DNA from: Planctomycetota bacterium
GTDB lineage: Bacteria > Planctomycetota > UBA11346
DNA length: 39,448 bases
Direction: 5' to 3'
Assembly (NCBI GenBank): GCA_013821615.1
Contig: JACDGQ010000001.1
Coordinates: forward strand, 1-39,448
Shown: piece after piece, positions 32,170 to 39,448 of the stretch
Numbering within the stretch: the stretch's first letter is position 1
Layout: every line of letters begins with the position of its first letter
Translations under genes and position numbers: made by a program
The notes under the pieces: generated by a model
What the model was told of the DNA's origin: nothing
Database searches by the model: none
What the model saw: the letters and a program-made list of their open reading frames with translations, nothing else

Positions 32170-33006
32170 TCAGGCGAGGTAGTCGAAGCTGCGGGTCTGC
32201 TCGTAGCCGGTCGGCCAGCAGTCCTGCGCGCGACAGACCTTCAGCCGCTCGATCGCAGCGAGGTTCTCCCGCGCAGCGGCGTCGAGGACCTGATCGGAGA
32301 AGCGCCACACGCCGACGCGATACGGTTCCTTCTTCTCCACCGCGATGACGTGGACCTCCGGCTTGCGGCCGGTGACCTGGGCAAGTACCGCGCGGTAGAA
32401 CGCGAGCTGGTGCGCGTAGCCGAATGAGCGCGCCTGCAGCTCAAAGTAATCGAGATCGTCGATGGTCTTGAGATCGACGATTCCGCGCTCGGGATGTGTC
32501 CAGTCGATGCGGATCTGTGACGGCAGACCGGCGAACTCGGCGCGCACCACTCCTTCGCCTTGGCCTTCAGCGATGAGCGACGTCGCCACGTCGTGCTCGC
32601 GCACCGCACGGGTGAGGCGATCGCAGAGGTCAGCGGTGTCCTGACTGATCGCCGGCTTGCCGATGGCTGCCGCCCATTCGGCATACGCCTTGGTGTCCTG
32701 GCCGAATGATTTACCGGTCTTCGGATTGATCGGGCCACCGATGGCGAAACGACGGCGGAACTCGGTCTCGCCTTCCAGTACACGGCAGTGAGCGGCGCGG
32801 CCGACGACAAACGCGGCCCGCTCTTCCTCGACGATCAGACCGAGTTGCTTGTTGCGATAGAGACGCGGATTCTTGCGGAATTCCGTCAACGCATGGCTGG
32901 AGAGGTGATCCTTGCGGCGAGCGGCGTAGGTCGCTTCCGGTTCAGTGATCAGAGCCGACGTGAAGGGCTGTGCAGGCGAAGACGACCAAGCGGCAGGCAA
33001 AAGCAT
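32170..33006 (-). CDS. PD-(D/E)XK (Cas4/RecB-like) nuclease
   Basis: The sequence ...QIRIDWTHPERGIVDLKTIDD...YAHQLAFYRAVL fits the D...(D/E)xK...QxxxY pattern. It is the first gene of the leftward early operon. Confidence 0.65.
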   Translation of the reverse strand: MLLPAAWSSSPAQPFTSALITEPEATYAARRKDHLSSHALTEFRKNPRLYRNKQLGLIVEEERAAFVVGRAAHCRVLEGETEFRRRFAIGGPINPKTGKSFGQDTKAYAEWAAAIGKPAISQDTADLCDRLTRAVREHDVATSLIAEGQGEGVVRAEFAGLPSQIRIDWTHPERGIVDLKTIDDLDYFELQARSFGYAHQLAFYRAVLAQVTGRKPEVHVIAVEKKEPYRVGVWRFSDQVLDAAARENLAAIERLKVCRAQDCWPTGYEQTRSFDYLA

Positions 33007-33071
33007 GATGAGGTCCTGCGAGCGATGCGGCCGATCTGCTGGAGCGCAGAACTGGGATCGTCTCTCATGGG

Positions 33072-33109
33072 ATTACTCCCCGCCGAGCTGCCTTTTTTGT
33101 CGTGCGTTC
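33072..33109 (-). promoter_or_regulatory. Copy Y of a repeated ~38-nt element, a candidate promoter of the leftward replication operon
   Basis: Read on the minus strand it is GAACGCACGACAAAAAAGGCAGCTCGGCGGGGAGTAAT, ending 66 nt upstream of the nuclease ATG. A near-identical element (copy X) lies at 19928-19966. Confidence 0.45.
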
Positions 33110-33121
33110 ATCACCGCAGCC

Positions 33122-33223
33122 CTGTGTCCCCAGGGTCACAGGACTGCGACAGGACTCTGTCCCCGCTGCACAGGTCGCGGGGACTTCTCGAACAGGTTCT
33201 GCGATAGCGCCGTGTCCCCGCTG
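33122..33223. promoter_or_regulatory. Operator-like repeats in the divergent early control region
   Basis: TGTCCCCGCTG occurs at 33158 and 33213, 55 nt apart. An inverted partial copy GCGGGGAC lies at 33177 and forms an 8-bp inverted repeat with 33159-33166. TGTCCCCA occurs at 33125. CACAGGAC and GACAGGAC occur at 33137 and 33148. Confidence 0.4.
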
Positions 33224-33291
33224 TTGGCGTGAGGTGTCGCTCGTTCCGCCGGCGCGTTGCCGGTCGGGACATCAACCCGAGCGAGCCAGCC

Positions 33292-33810
33292 ATGTCCGAT
33301 AGCGTCACCATCACCATCAACACCTACGAAGGCGTCCTGCCTCTCTGGGCACATGAACTCACCCAGGTCTATGCCAAACGGCTGGGATACCGTCCCGACG
33401 AAATCGACGACGGTCTTCAGGAAGTGGCGATCGCCTTCGCCAAGTACCGCTTCGATCACACGCGAAATACCGGTGCCTGCGAACGCACGGCGCAGACCGC
33501 CCTGATCCGCAACGTGCTGCAGAAAGTCCAACGTGGTCAGGTGCGCTACACGCAGCGCCTGGAGTGCCTCCGCGCCGAGCCCCAGCGCCCCGAGGCTGGA
33601 CCCGACACGGTGGCCCAGCACGAACTGTGGCAGGTGGTGGCGGCGATGCCCGAGCCCGACCGCGAGATCTGCTTGCGGCTCGCCGCCGGCATGAACACCC
33701 ACGCGATCGCCAAGGAACTCGACATCGGCTGGTACACGGTGAAGCGCGGCATGGAGCGCATTAGGACCAGCTTCGCCGAAGCGGGCATCGATAGCGGACT
33801 CTTGGCCTGA
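33292..33810 (+). CDS. ECF-like sigma-70 family factor (regions 2 and 4)
   Basis: Region 2 reads LQEVAIAFAKYRFDHTRNTGACERTAQTALIRNVLQKVQR. Region 4 with its HTH reads ELWQVVAAMPEPDREICLRLAAGMNTHAIAKELDIGWYTVKRGMERIR. ATG 33292 is in frame with the track ORF 33229..33810. Confidence 0.65.
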   Translation: MSDSVTITINTYEGVLPLWAHELTQVYAKRLGYRPDEIDDGLQEVAIAFAKYRFDHTRNTGACERTAQTALIRNVLQKVQRGQVRYTQRLECLRAEPQRPEAGPDTVAQHELWQVVAAMPEPDREICLRLAAGMNTHAIAKELDIGWYTVKRGMERIRTSFAEAGIDSGLLA

Positions 33811-33811
33811 C

Positions 33812-34081
33812 ATGCTCCAGCATCATTCCGCTCCGCCGGAACCGGCAGACATCACTGGATGTCCGCCGGAGTCCCGGCAACAGATGAAGGACCAAGGGGC
33901 GAATCCTCGCCCCTTGGCGGATGCCTGGATCAGCGACGACCTCCTTGCGGAAGCCATCGCCGTCTGGTCCCGGCTCTACCGCCGACCGATCGGCAAGGAG
34001 GAAGCCGTGGAAATGCTGCAGAACGTCAAACGCGCAGGCGAGGTGATCTACCGAATCGCTCGGGAGCAGGCTCAACCATGA
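33812..34081 (+). CDS. Hypothetical small protein, possibly a recombination directionality or regulatory factor by position
   Basis: The stop overlaps the recombinase ATG (an ATGA overlap). A shorter start at MKDQG (33884) is possible. I recognised no family. Confidence 0.4.
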   Translation: MLQHHSAPPEPADITGCPPESRQQMKDQGANPRPLADAWISDDLLAEAIAVWSRLYRRPIGKEEAVEMLQNVKRAGEVIYRIAREQAQP

Positions 34082-35613
34082 AGGTGCTGATCTGGACACG
34101 TGTCAGCTCCCGAGAACAGCGCGAAGGCTATTCCATCGACGCGCAGATGCGGGTCTGTCGTGAACGGGCCGAGCGGCAGGGCTGGACGGTGCTCCGCGAG
34201 TTTCAGGTTGCCGAGTCAGCCAAGCGCGGCGCCGAACGACTCGCCTTCAACGAGATGTTCGCGTGGGTGCGGAGGAACGCGAAACGGGAAGGCCTGGAGG
34301 TCATCCTCGCCCACAAGCTCGACCGCGTCTGCCGCAACATGAAGGACGCAGTCCGCCTGCAGGAATTGGAGGACCAATGCGGGGTCAAGCTGGCCTTCGT
34401 CGACAACCAGTTCGGCACCGGCGCATCTGGGGTGCTGTCGTTCAACGTGATGGCGGCAGTGGCGCAGTATTACAGCGACAATCTCCGGTCGGAGGTCCTC
34501 AAGGGTATGGAGGAGAAGATCCGCCAGGGCTGGCCGATGGGCCGGGCGAGCTACGGCTACAAGAATGTTCCCGACAGGTCCTGCCCGGTGGTGCCTCATC
34601 CCGAGAAGGCCAAGACCGTGGTGCAGATCTTCGACTGGTTCTCGACCGGCCAGTACACCCTGGATGCCCTGGGTGACCGCTTGCTCGCCGAGGGCCATGA
34701 GTTCCGGACGACCTACCCTCGGTTCAACCGCACCGCCTTGGCCTACATCCTCCACAACCGGGGGTACATCGGCGAGATCGTCCACCGGGGGGTCTCACAC
34801 GTCGCCAAGTTCCAACCGCTGGTCTCACGGACGACGTTCGATGCCTGCCAGGTGGTGCTGAAGGGACGCAACCGCCGTTCATCCACCCCAGACCTGCCCT
34901 ACCAAGGCGGCGTCTTCCGGTGCGCCCATTGCGGGGCGATGATGACCGGCGAGCGGATCGTCCGCCGGCACAACGACGGCACCGAGGCGCGCCACGTCTA
35001 CTACCGGTGCGCCAACAACGCCCCGCCGGCGGAGCACCCGAAGGTGCGCTGGAAAGCCGCCGACCTGGAAGCTGCCGTTGTCGCCGAGTTGGAGACCCTG
35101 CGCATCCACGACGAAGGACACGCCCAGTTGATTCGCAGCACCCTCAAGGCCGCCTTTGCCGACGTGGCCAAGGCTGAGGAGGATCGCCGCCGCGTTTTGT
35201 TGAAACGCCAAAGCGAGTTGAAGGGGAGACTGGATCGACTGCTCAACGCCTACCTCGAAGGGGTGATCGAGCAGGCTCCGTTCTCGGTCAAGCAGGGCGA
35301 GCTTCGTGTGGAATTAGCCGATATTTCCAGGCAACTTGAGGAGCGGCCGACCTTCGATCCCAAGCGCGGGGAACTGGCCCTGGGGCTCTTCGACTTCATG
35401 CAGAACGCCGCGAATCTGTGGCGGCGTTCAAACATGGAGCAAAGGCGTGAGCTTTTGGCTGCGATAGCTTTGAACCGCAATGTTAGCGACGTAAAGCTTG
35501 TGCTAGAAAAGAGAAAGCCCTTCGACATTGCTGTCGAAGGGCAAGTATTCCATTTTGGTCGGACCGACAAGATTCGAACTTGCGACCTCTACCACCCCAA
35601 GGTAGCGCTCTAA
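34078..35613 (+). CDS. Large serine recombinase (integrase)
   Basis: MKVLIWTRVSSREQREGYSIDAQ carries the catalytic Ser motif of the resolvase domain. The recombinase domain (WPMGRASYGYKN) follows. The Zn-ribbon reads CAHCGAMMTGE...YYRCAN, and a coiled-coil region follows it. The last 58 nt are antisense to tRNA-Pro (...RTDKIRTCDLYHPKVAL). Confidence 0.9.
   Translation: MKVLIWTRVSSREQREGYSIDAQMRVCRERAERQGWTVLREFQVAESAKRGAERLAFNEMFAWVRRNAKREGLEVILAHKLDRVCRNMKDAVRLQELEDQCGVKLAFVDNQFGTGASGVLSFNVMAAVAQYYSDNLRSEVLKGMEEKIRQGWPMGRASYGYKNVPDRSCPVVPHPEKAKTVVQIFDWFSTGQYTLDALGDRLLAEGHEFRTTYPRFNRTALAYILHNRGYIGEIVHRGVSHVAKFQPLVSRTTFDACQVVLKGRNRRSSTPDLPYQGGVFRCAHCGAMMTGERIVRRHNDGTEARHVYYRCANNAPPAEHPKVRWKAADLEAAVVAELETLRIHDEGHAQLIRSTLKAAFADVAKAEEDRRRVLLKRQSELKGRLDRLLNAYLEGVIEQAPFSVKQGELRVELADISRQLEERPTFDPKRGELALGLFDFMQNAANLWRRSNMEQRRELLAAIALNRNVSDVKLVLEKRKPFDIAVEGQVFHFGRTDKIRTCDLYHPKVAL
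35501..35541 (-). terminator. Intrinsic terminator-like hairpin 15 nt downstream of the tRNA-Pro 3' end, lying inside the recombinase ORF
   Basis: On the minus strand CCCTTCGACA-gcaa-TGTCGAAGGG forms a perfect 10-bp stem. It is followed by CTTTCTCTTTTCT. Confidence 0.6.
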
Positions 35614-35634
35614 TCCAGGCTGAGCTACGGTCCG
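35556..35634 (-). tRNA. tRNA-Pro (anticodon GGG) with encoded CCA
   Basis: I folded it by hand as CGGACCG TA GCTC AGCCTGGATTA GAGC G CTACC TTGGGGT GGTAG AGGTC GCAAG TTCGAAT CTTGT CGGTCCG A CCA. All four stems pair. U33 and G37 flank the GGG anticodon, and the T-loop is TTCGAAT. Confidence 0.9.
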
Positions 35635-35680
35635 ATGCGAGGGTTGGGTTTTTATGAAGTTAGCGGGGCTTGGTCAATGG

Positions 35681-38600
35681 TTATTCCTTGGCGGCCAGCG
35701 CCGGGGTGGGCGTCGCGGCGGTGGAAGCCGGGTCGAGCGGCGCGTTTGAACGTTCCGCGGTGTCCAAGGTCGGCGCGCGCGGCACCTGGTCGGTGAGGGC
35801 GCCGGCGGCACCGCCTCCGCCGCCAAAGGTCCTCCGCCACCATGCCGAGAGATCGTCGAACAGTGTATACGCCACCGGGGTGACCAGCAGCGACAGCAGC
35901 AGGCTGAGCGCCTGGCCGCCGACGATGACGCGCGCCATGGCGGCGCGGCGGCCCGATCCGGGGCCTTCGCCGAGGGCGATCGGCACCATGCTGGCGATCA
36001 GCATCAGGGTGGTCATCAGGATCGGGCGCAGGCGCACGCGGTTGGCCTCGATCACCGCCCACAGCCGGCTGCGCCAGGCGGGATCGTGGCGGCCGACCCA
36101 GGCCCACCAGCGGCCAGCGCCGGTCGGATCGGCATAGGCGGCGGGCAGCAGTCCGGGCTCGCCGCGCAACCGCGCGCGCAGCACGTTGGCGTAATCGACC
36201 TGCAGGATGCCGTTCTTCTTGACGATGCCGAAGAGCAGGAAGATGCCGAGGATCGAGTAGATGGTCAGCGGCTGGCCGAGCAGGATCAGCGAGATCAGCG
36301 CGAAGGGGATGGTGACCGGCACCGCGAGCAGGATCGCGATCGGCATCACGAAGCTCTCGAACTGCGCGGCCAGCACCATGTACATGAACACCAGCGACAG
36401 GCCAAAGGCGAGCAGGAAGCCCTGGTTGGCCTCGACCTGGACCTTGGCGCGGCCGCCGGCGACCAGGCGGTAGTCGGCGGGCATGCCGACCGCGGCCCCG
36501 GCCGCGACGAAGGCCGCGGCGGCCTCGCTGGTCGGGATGCCGTTGAGGTTGGCGACGATGCTGATCTTGCGCACGCGGTTGTAGCGGTCGATCTGCGCCG
36601 GGCCGCGCGCCTCGGTCAGGGTGGCGATGCTGGCCAGGCGCACCGGCGGGCCCCTGGTGGAGGGCACGGTGAGCGCCTCGAGCGCAGGCACGCCGTCGCG
36701 GTCCGGCCCGCGCGCGCGCAGCCACACGTCGTAGAGCTCGCCCAGGCGTGCGTCCTTGAAGTCCGAGACCACTTCGCCGCCGACCAGGGTGCCGAGCGCG
36801 CGCGCGGCGGCCTGCACCGACACGCCCTGGTCGCTGGCGCGCTCGCGGTCGATGACCACGCGGATCTCAGGCTTGCGCAGGGCCAGGGTGGTGTCGACGT
36901 CGCTGAGGTCGCCACGCAGGCGCAGCTTCGCGACGATCGCGTCGGCGTAGGCGCCCAGGCGCTCCAGGTCGGGGCCGACCAGCGCGAACTCGACGTCGGC
37001 GTTGACGCCACCGCTGCCGCCGGATGCGGGCTGGATGCTGGTGCGCAGGTCGGGCCAAGCGGCGACGATGGCGCGCGCGCGCGTCATCAGGTCGGCCTGG
37101 GTGAAGCGCCGCCCATCCGCCCCTGGCTGCCGCTGCAGCAGGTCGACCAGGCGCACGTAGATGGTGCCCTTGGTGACCTCGCCGGCGGCCTTGGTGATGC
37201 GCCCCGAAGTGTCGCCGATGGTGGTGAGCAGGTCGACGACCTCGGGCTGGGCGCGCAGGCGCGCCTCGAGCGCGCGGAAGGTGGCGTCGCTGCGCTCCAG
37301 CGTCCAGCCGGGTGGGGTGGTGATGGCGATCTCGAATTCGCTCTGGTCCTCGGTGGGCACGAAGTCGACGCCGGCGATCGCCGCCAGACCGGGGAAATCG
37401 AGCCAGGCGAGGCGCTGCTGCGTGGCCGCGTCGCCGAACGCCAGCCACCTGCCGAACGGCAGCGGGAACAGCAGCAGCGCCACCGCCAGGGCCATGGTCA
37501 TCACCAGCGCGCGCCGGCGCAGCGCCCAACGCAGCGCGGCCAGGTAGGGCCGCTCGATCCAGCGCCCGTAGAGCCCGCCGCTGTGGTGGTCGGCGCGCCC
37601 GCCCGGCGGCGCCGGCTTCAGCTTGAGGAAGCGCGACGCCAGCATCGGCGTGAGCACGAAGCTGACCAGCATCGAGACCAGGATCGCGACCGCCATGGTG
37701 ATGCCGAAGGAGTGGAAGAAGCGCCCCACGCGCCCGCTCATGAAGGCCACCGGCAGGAAGATCACCACCAGCGACAAGGTGGTCGCCACCACCGCCAGGG
37801 CGATCTCGCGGGTCGCGCCGAGCGCCGCGTCCCAGGCGCTGACGCCCTTCTCCTCCATCCAGCGGAAGATGTTCTCGTTCACCACCACCGCGTCGTCGAT
37901 GACCACGCCCACCGCCATGACCAGGGCGAGCATGGTGATGTTGTTGAGCGTGAAGCCCAGCCAGCCCATGACCATGAAACTGGCGATCAGCGAGATCGGG
38001 ATGGACAGCGAGGCGATGATCATGGTCCGCCAGTCGCGCAGGAAGAGCAGGATCGAACCCGCGACCAGCAGCGCGCCCAGGAAGAGGTGCTTCTCGATCT
38101 CGTGCAGCGAGCCGCTGATGAACACCGACTGGTCGCGGATCAGGGTGAAGCGCAGGTCGGTGCGCCCGTCTTTGCGGAAGCCCTCGGCGATTCCGGCGAG
38201 CCTGGCCTTCACCCGCGCGATGACGTCGATGGTGTTCGTGCCGCTCTGCTTCTGGACGACCAGCAGCACCGCGTTCTGCCCGTCCAGCCGGCCCACCGAG
38301 CGGGGCTCCTCGATGCCGTCGGCGACGGTGGCGATATCGGCGATGCGCACCGGCTGGCCGGCCTTCTGCGCGACGATGACGTCGGCGAAGCGCGCGGGAT
38401 CGGTGATGCGCCCCATGGTGCGCAGGATCGGCTCGCGTCCCGCCTGGTCGACGCGCCCACCGGGCGACTCGACGTTCTGGCCCTGCAGCCCCTGGCGGAC
38501 CTGGTCGATGGACAGGCCGTAGGCCTCGAGCCGCGCCGCGTCGGCGGTGATGGTCACCGCGCGGCGCTGGCCACCGACCAGTGACACCGCACCGACGCCG

Positions 38601-39103
38601 TCGACGCTGCTGAGCACGTCCTGGACCTGGCGGCGCGCGATCTCGGTGACCTCGCGCAGGCTGCGCTGGCCGTCGACGGCGACGGTCAGCACCGGCGCGG
38701 CGTCGAAGTCGAACTTGTCGATGATCGGCGCCTGGGTGCCGGTGGGCAGCGCCGCCAGCACGGTGTTGATCTTGCCCTGGACCTCCTGCTGGGCGATGTC
38801 GCGGTTCTTCTCGAGCAGGAAGACGATCGTCACCGACGAGATGCCCTCCTTGCTGGTGCTGCGCAGCTCGTCGATGCCGCTGATGGTGTTGACCGCGTCC
38901 TCGATGACCTTGGTGACACCGGTCTCCATCTCCTCGACCGAGGTGCCCGGGCGGGTGGTGGTGACGATCACCACCGGCAGGTCGACGTTGGGCATCAGGT
39001 CGACGCCGATGCGCGCGAACGCGATCAGGCCGGCGACCACCGGGAAGAGCAGCAGCATGCAGGCGAACACCGGCCGGCGGATGCACAGCTCCGGCAGGTT
39101 CAC
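35681..39103 (-). CDS. RND efflux transporter permease subunit (AcrB/HAE1-like)
   Basis: The 1140-aa protein starts MNLPELCIRRPVFACMLLLF. It has typical 12-TM RND blocks (VVIDDAVVVNENIFR, FLRDWRTMIIASLSIPISL) and two large periplasmic loops. It sits in the very high-GC host-like block. Confidence 0.9.
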   Translation of the reverse strand: MNLPELCIRRPVFACMLLLFPVVAGLIAFARIGVDLMPNVDLPVVIVTTTRPGTSVEEMETGVTKVIEDAVNTISGIDELRSTSKEGISSVTIVFLLEKNRDIAQQEVQGKINTVLAALPTGTQAPIIDKFDFDAAPVLTVAVDGQRSLREVTEIARRQVQDVLSSVDGVGAVSLVGGQRRAVTITADAARLEAYGLSIDQVRQGLQGQNVESPGGRVDQAGREPILRTMGRITDPARFADVIVAQKAGQPVRIADIATVADGIEEPRSVGRLDGQNAVLLVVQKQSGTNTIDVIARVKARLAGIAEGFRKDGRTDLRFTLIRDQSVFISGSLHEIEKHLFLGALLVAGSILLFLRDWRTMIIASLSIPISLIASFMVMGWLGFTLNNITMLALVMAVGVVIDDAVVVNENIFRWMEEKGVSAWDAALGATREIALAVVATTLSLVVIFLPVAFMSGRVGRFFHSFGITMAVAILVSMLVSFVLTPMLASRFLKLKPAPPGGRADHHSGGLYGRWIERPYLAALRWALRRRALVMTMALAVALLLFPLPFGRWLAFGDAATQQRLAWLDFPGLAAIAGVDFVPTEDQSEFEIAITTPPGWTLERSDATFRALEARLRAQPEVVDLLTTIGDTSGRITKAAGEVTKGTIYVRLVDLLQRQPGADGRRFTQADLMTRARAIVAAWPDLRTSIQPASGGSGGVNADVEFALVGPDLERLGAYADAIVAKLRLRGDLSDVDTTLALRKPEIRVVIDRERASDQGVSVQAAARALGTLVGGEVVSDFKDARLGELYDVWLRARGPDRDGVPALEALTVPSTRGPPVRLASIATLTEARGPAQIDRYNRVRKISIVANLNGIPTSEAAAAFVAAGAAVGMPADYRLVAGGRAKVQVEANQGFLLAFGLSLVFMYMVLAAQFESFVMPIAILLAVPVTIPFALISLILLGQPLTIYSILGIFLLFGIVKKNGILQVDYANVLRARLRGEPGLLPAAYADPTGAGRWWAWVGRHDPAWRSRLWAVIEANRVRLRPILMTTLMLIASMVPIALGEGPGSGRRAAMARVIVGGQALSLLLSLLVTPVAYTLFDDLSAWWRRTFGGGGGAAGALTDQVPRAPTLDTAERSNAPLDPASTAATPTPALAAKE

Positions 39104-39448
39104 GACTTGGGATCCCCTGCGCCGGCGGCAGCGACCGGGGCGAGCGGCTGCGCCGGGGCCGCGACCTTGACCGTCACCGCGACGCCGCTGGCCAGCCTGC
39201 TGGTGCCGGACACCACCAGCTGCTCGCCGCCGGCGAGGCCGCTGCGCACCTCGACCTCGTCGCCGACACGGGCGCCGATCTCGACCGGCAGCTCGCGTGC
39301 GAGGCCGCCCTCGACGGTGAAGACTTTCGTCACGCCCGCGAAGGCGATGATGGCGTCGGCGGGCGCCAGCAGCACGCTCTCGACGCGCGTGCGGATGACG
39401 CCGTGCGCGAAGGCGCCCGCGCGCAGCGCGCCGGCGGCGTTCGGCACC
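39100..39448 (-). CDS. RND membrane-fusion (periplasmic adaptor) protein, C-terminal part only. The 5' end lies beyond the window.
   Basis: The segment ...FAHGVIRTRVESVLLAPADAIIAFAGVTKVFTVEGGLARELPVEIGARVGDEVEVRSGLAGGEQLVVSG is the typical beta-barrel/MPD end of HlyD-family adaptors. The stop overlaps the permease start. Confidence 0.8.
   Translation of the reverse strand, partial: VPNAAGALRAGAFAHGVIRTRVESVLLAPADAIIAFAGVTKVFTVEGGLARELPVEIGARVGDEVEVRSGLAGGEQLVVSGTSRLASGVAVTVKVAAPAQPLAPVAAAGAGDPKS

Larger units (their letters stand above)
4007..35613. mobile_element. Integrated siphovirus-like prophage, apparently defective, next to tRNA-Pro
   Basis: The block is a contiguous set of phage replication, packaging, head-tail and tail genes, with a large serine recombinase at the right end abutting a tRNA. 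There are sharp composition changes at ~3950-4006 and ~35425-35640. The exact att sites were not identified, so the left boundary could lie further left and include the low-GC island. Confidence 0.8.

Noticed and set aside
32950-33069. A 39-aa minus-strand ORF (MRDDPSSALQQ...) starting right after the GGGGAGTAAT block of repeat copy Y
   Set aside because: The equivalent ATG after copy X opens a different, Arg-rich frame (track ORF 19588..19929) that overlaps the gpW-like gene. The conserved block is therefore unlikely to be a shared ribosome-binding site, and the small ORF overlaps the nuclease gene start.
36086-38584. An 832-aa plus-strand ORF and a 739-aa alternative minus-frame ORF (36867..39086) over the RND permease gene
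   Set aside because: Both overlap the 1140-aa RND permease frame, which has canonical transporter motifs. Their products are Arg/His/Asp/Gly-rich junk, as expected from GC-rich codon bias.
1-39448. A search for CRISPR arrays, IS elements or transposase genes, rRNA genes and additional tRNAs
   Set aside because: I saw no regularly spaced direct repeats with unique spacers and no transposase-like ORF with terminal inverted repeats. I also saw no rRNA-like segments. Only the single tRNA-Pro could be folded by eye.

Overview
The window holds three compositional blocks.

(1) 1-~3950 is a visibly lower-GC island (about half G+C by eye). On the minus strand it carries an AAA+ ATPase followed 10 nt later by a very long subtilisin-like S8 peptidase. 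The peptidase ORF is absent from the supplied ORF track because it has no stop codon inside the window. I found it by hand translation, which is open for 954 codons from ATG 2863 to the left edge. This gene pair has the architecture of the IetAS (ATPase + subtilase) anti-phage system.

(2) ~4007-35613 is a ~31.6 kb high-GC siphovirus-like prophage, almost all of it on the minus strand and tightly translationally coupled.
- Reading right to left, the first module is recombination/replication: a PD-(D/E)XK nuclease, an AAA_24 ATPase, a DUF669 protein, a RuvC-like resolvase, an SF2 helicase and a primase-polymerase/helicase.
- An iteron-like array follows, then a ParB-domain DNA methyltransferase.
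- Next is an oppositely oriented three-gene accessory cassette.
- Packaging and head genes follow: a TerS-like gene, a GpA-type TerL, a gpW-like gene, a portal-derived ORF, a DUF2190 protein and head-tail connectors.
- The tail module comprises the major tail protein, a G/GT-type chaperone, the tape measure, tail fibre genes, a GT9-like glycosyltransferase and a small Cys-rich protein.
- At the right end, on the plus strand, sit an ECF-like sigma factor, a small ORF and a large serine recombinase. The 3' end of the recombinase ORF reads through a terminator hairpin and 58 nt of antisense tRNA-Pro(GGG).

(3) 35635-39448 is very high-GC host DNA with an RND efflux permease and the 3' part of its membrane-fusion partner.

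The prophage looks defective. The portal ORF is an in-frame chimera: a lambda-type portal N-terminus joined to the C-terminal two thirds of a Mu gpT-like major head protein. I found no prohead protease, scaffold, full capsid gene, endolysin or CI/Cro-type repressor.

Other points worth follow-up:
- a duplicated 90-nt module, exactly 504 nt apart, in front of two accessory genes;
- a repeated ~40-nt element that may be a phage-specific promoter;
- about 12 copies of GTTTCCCA next to the primase gene;
- a collagen/C1q-like ORF in the head-tail module;
- membrane and lipoprotein genes embedded in the tail operon.

All family assignments come from motif recognition by eye. No database search was run.
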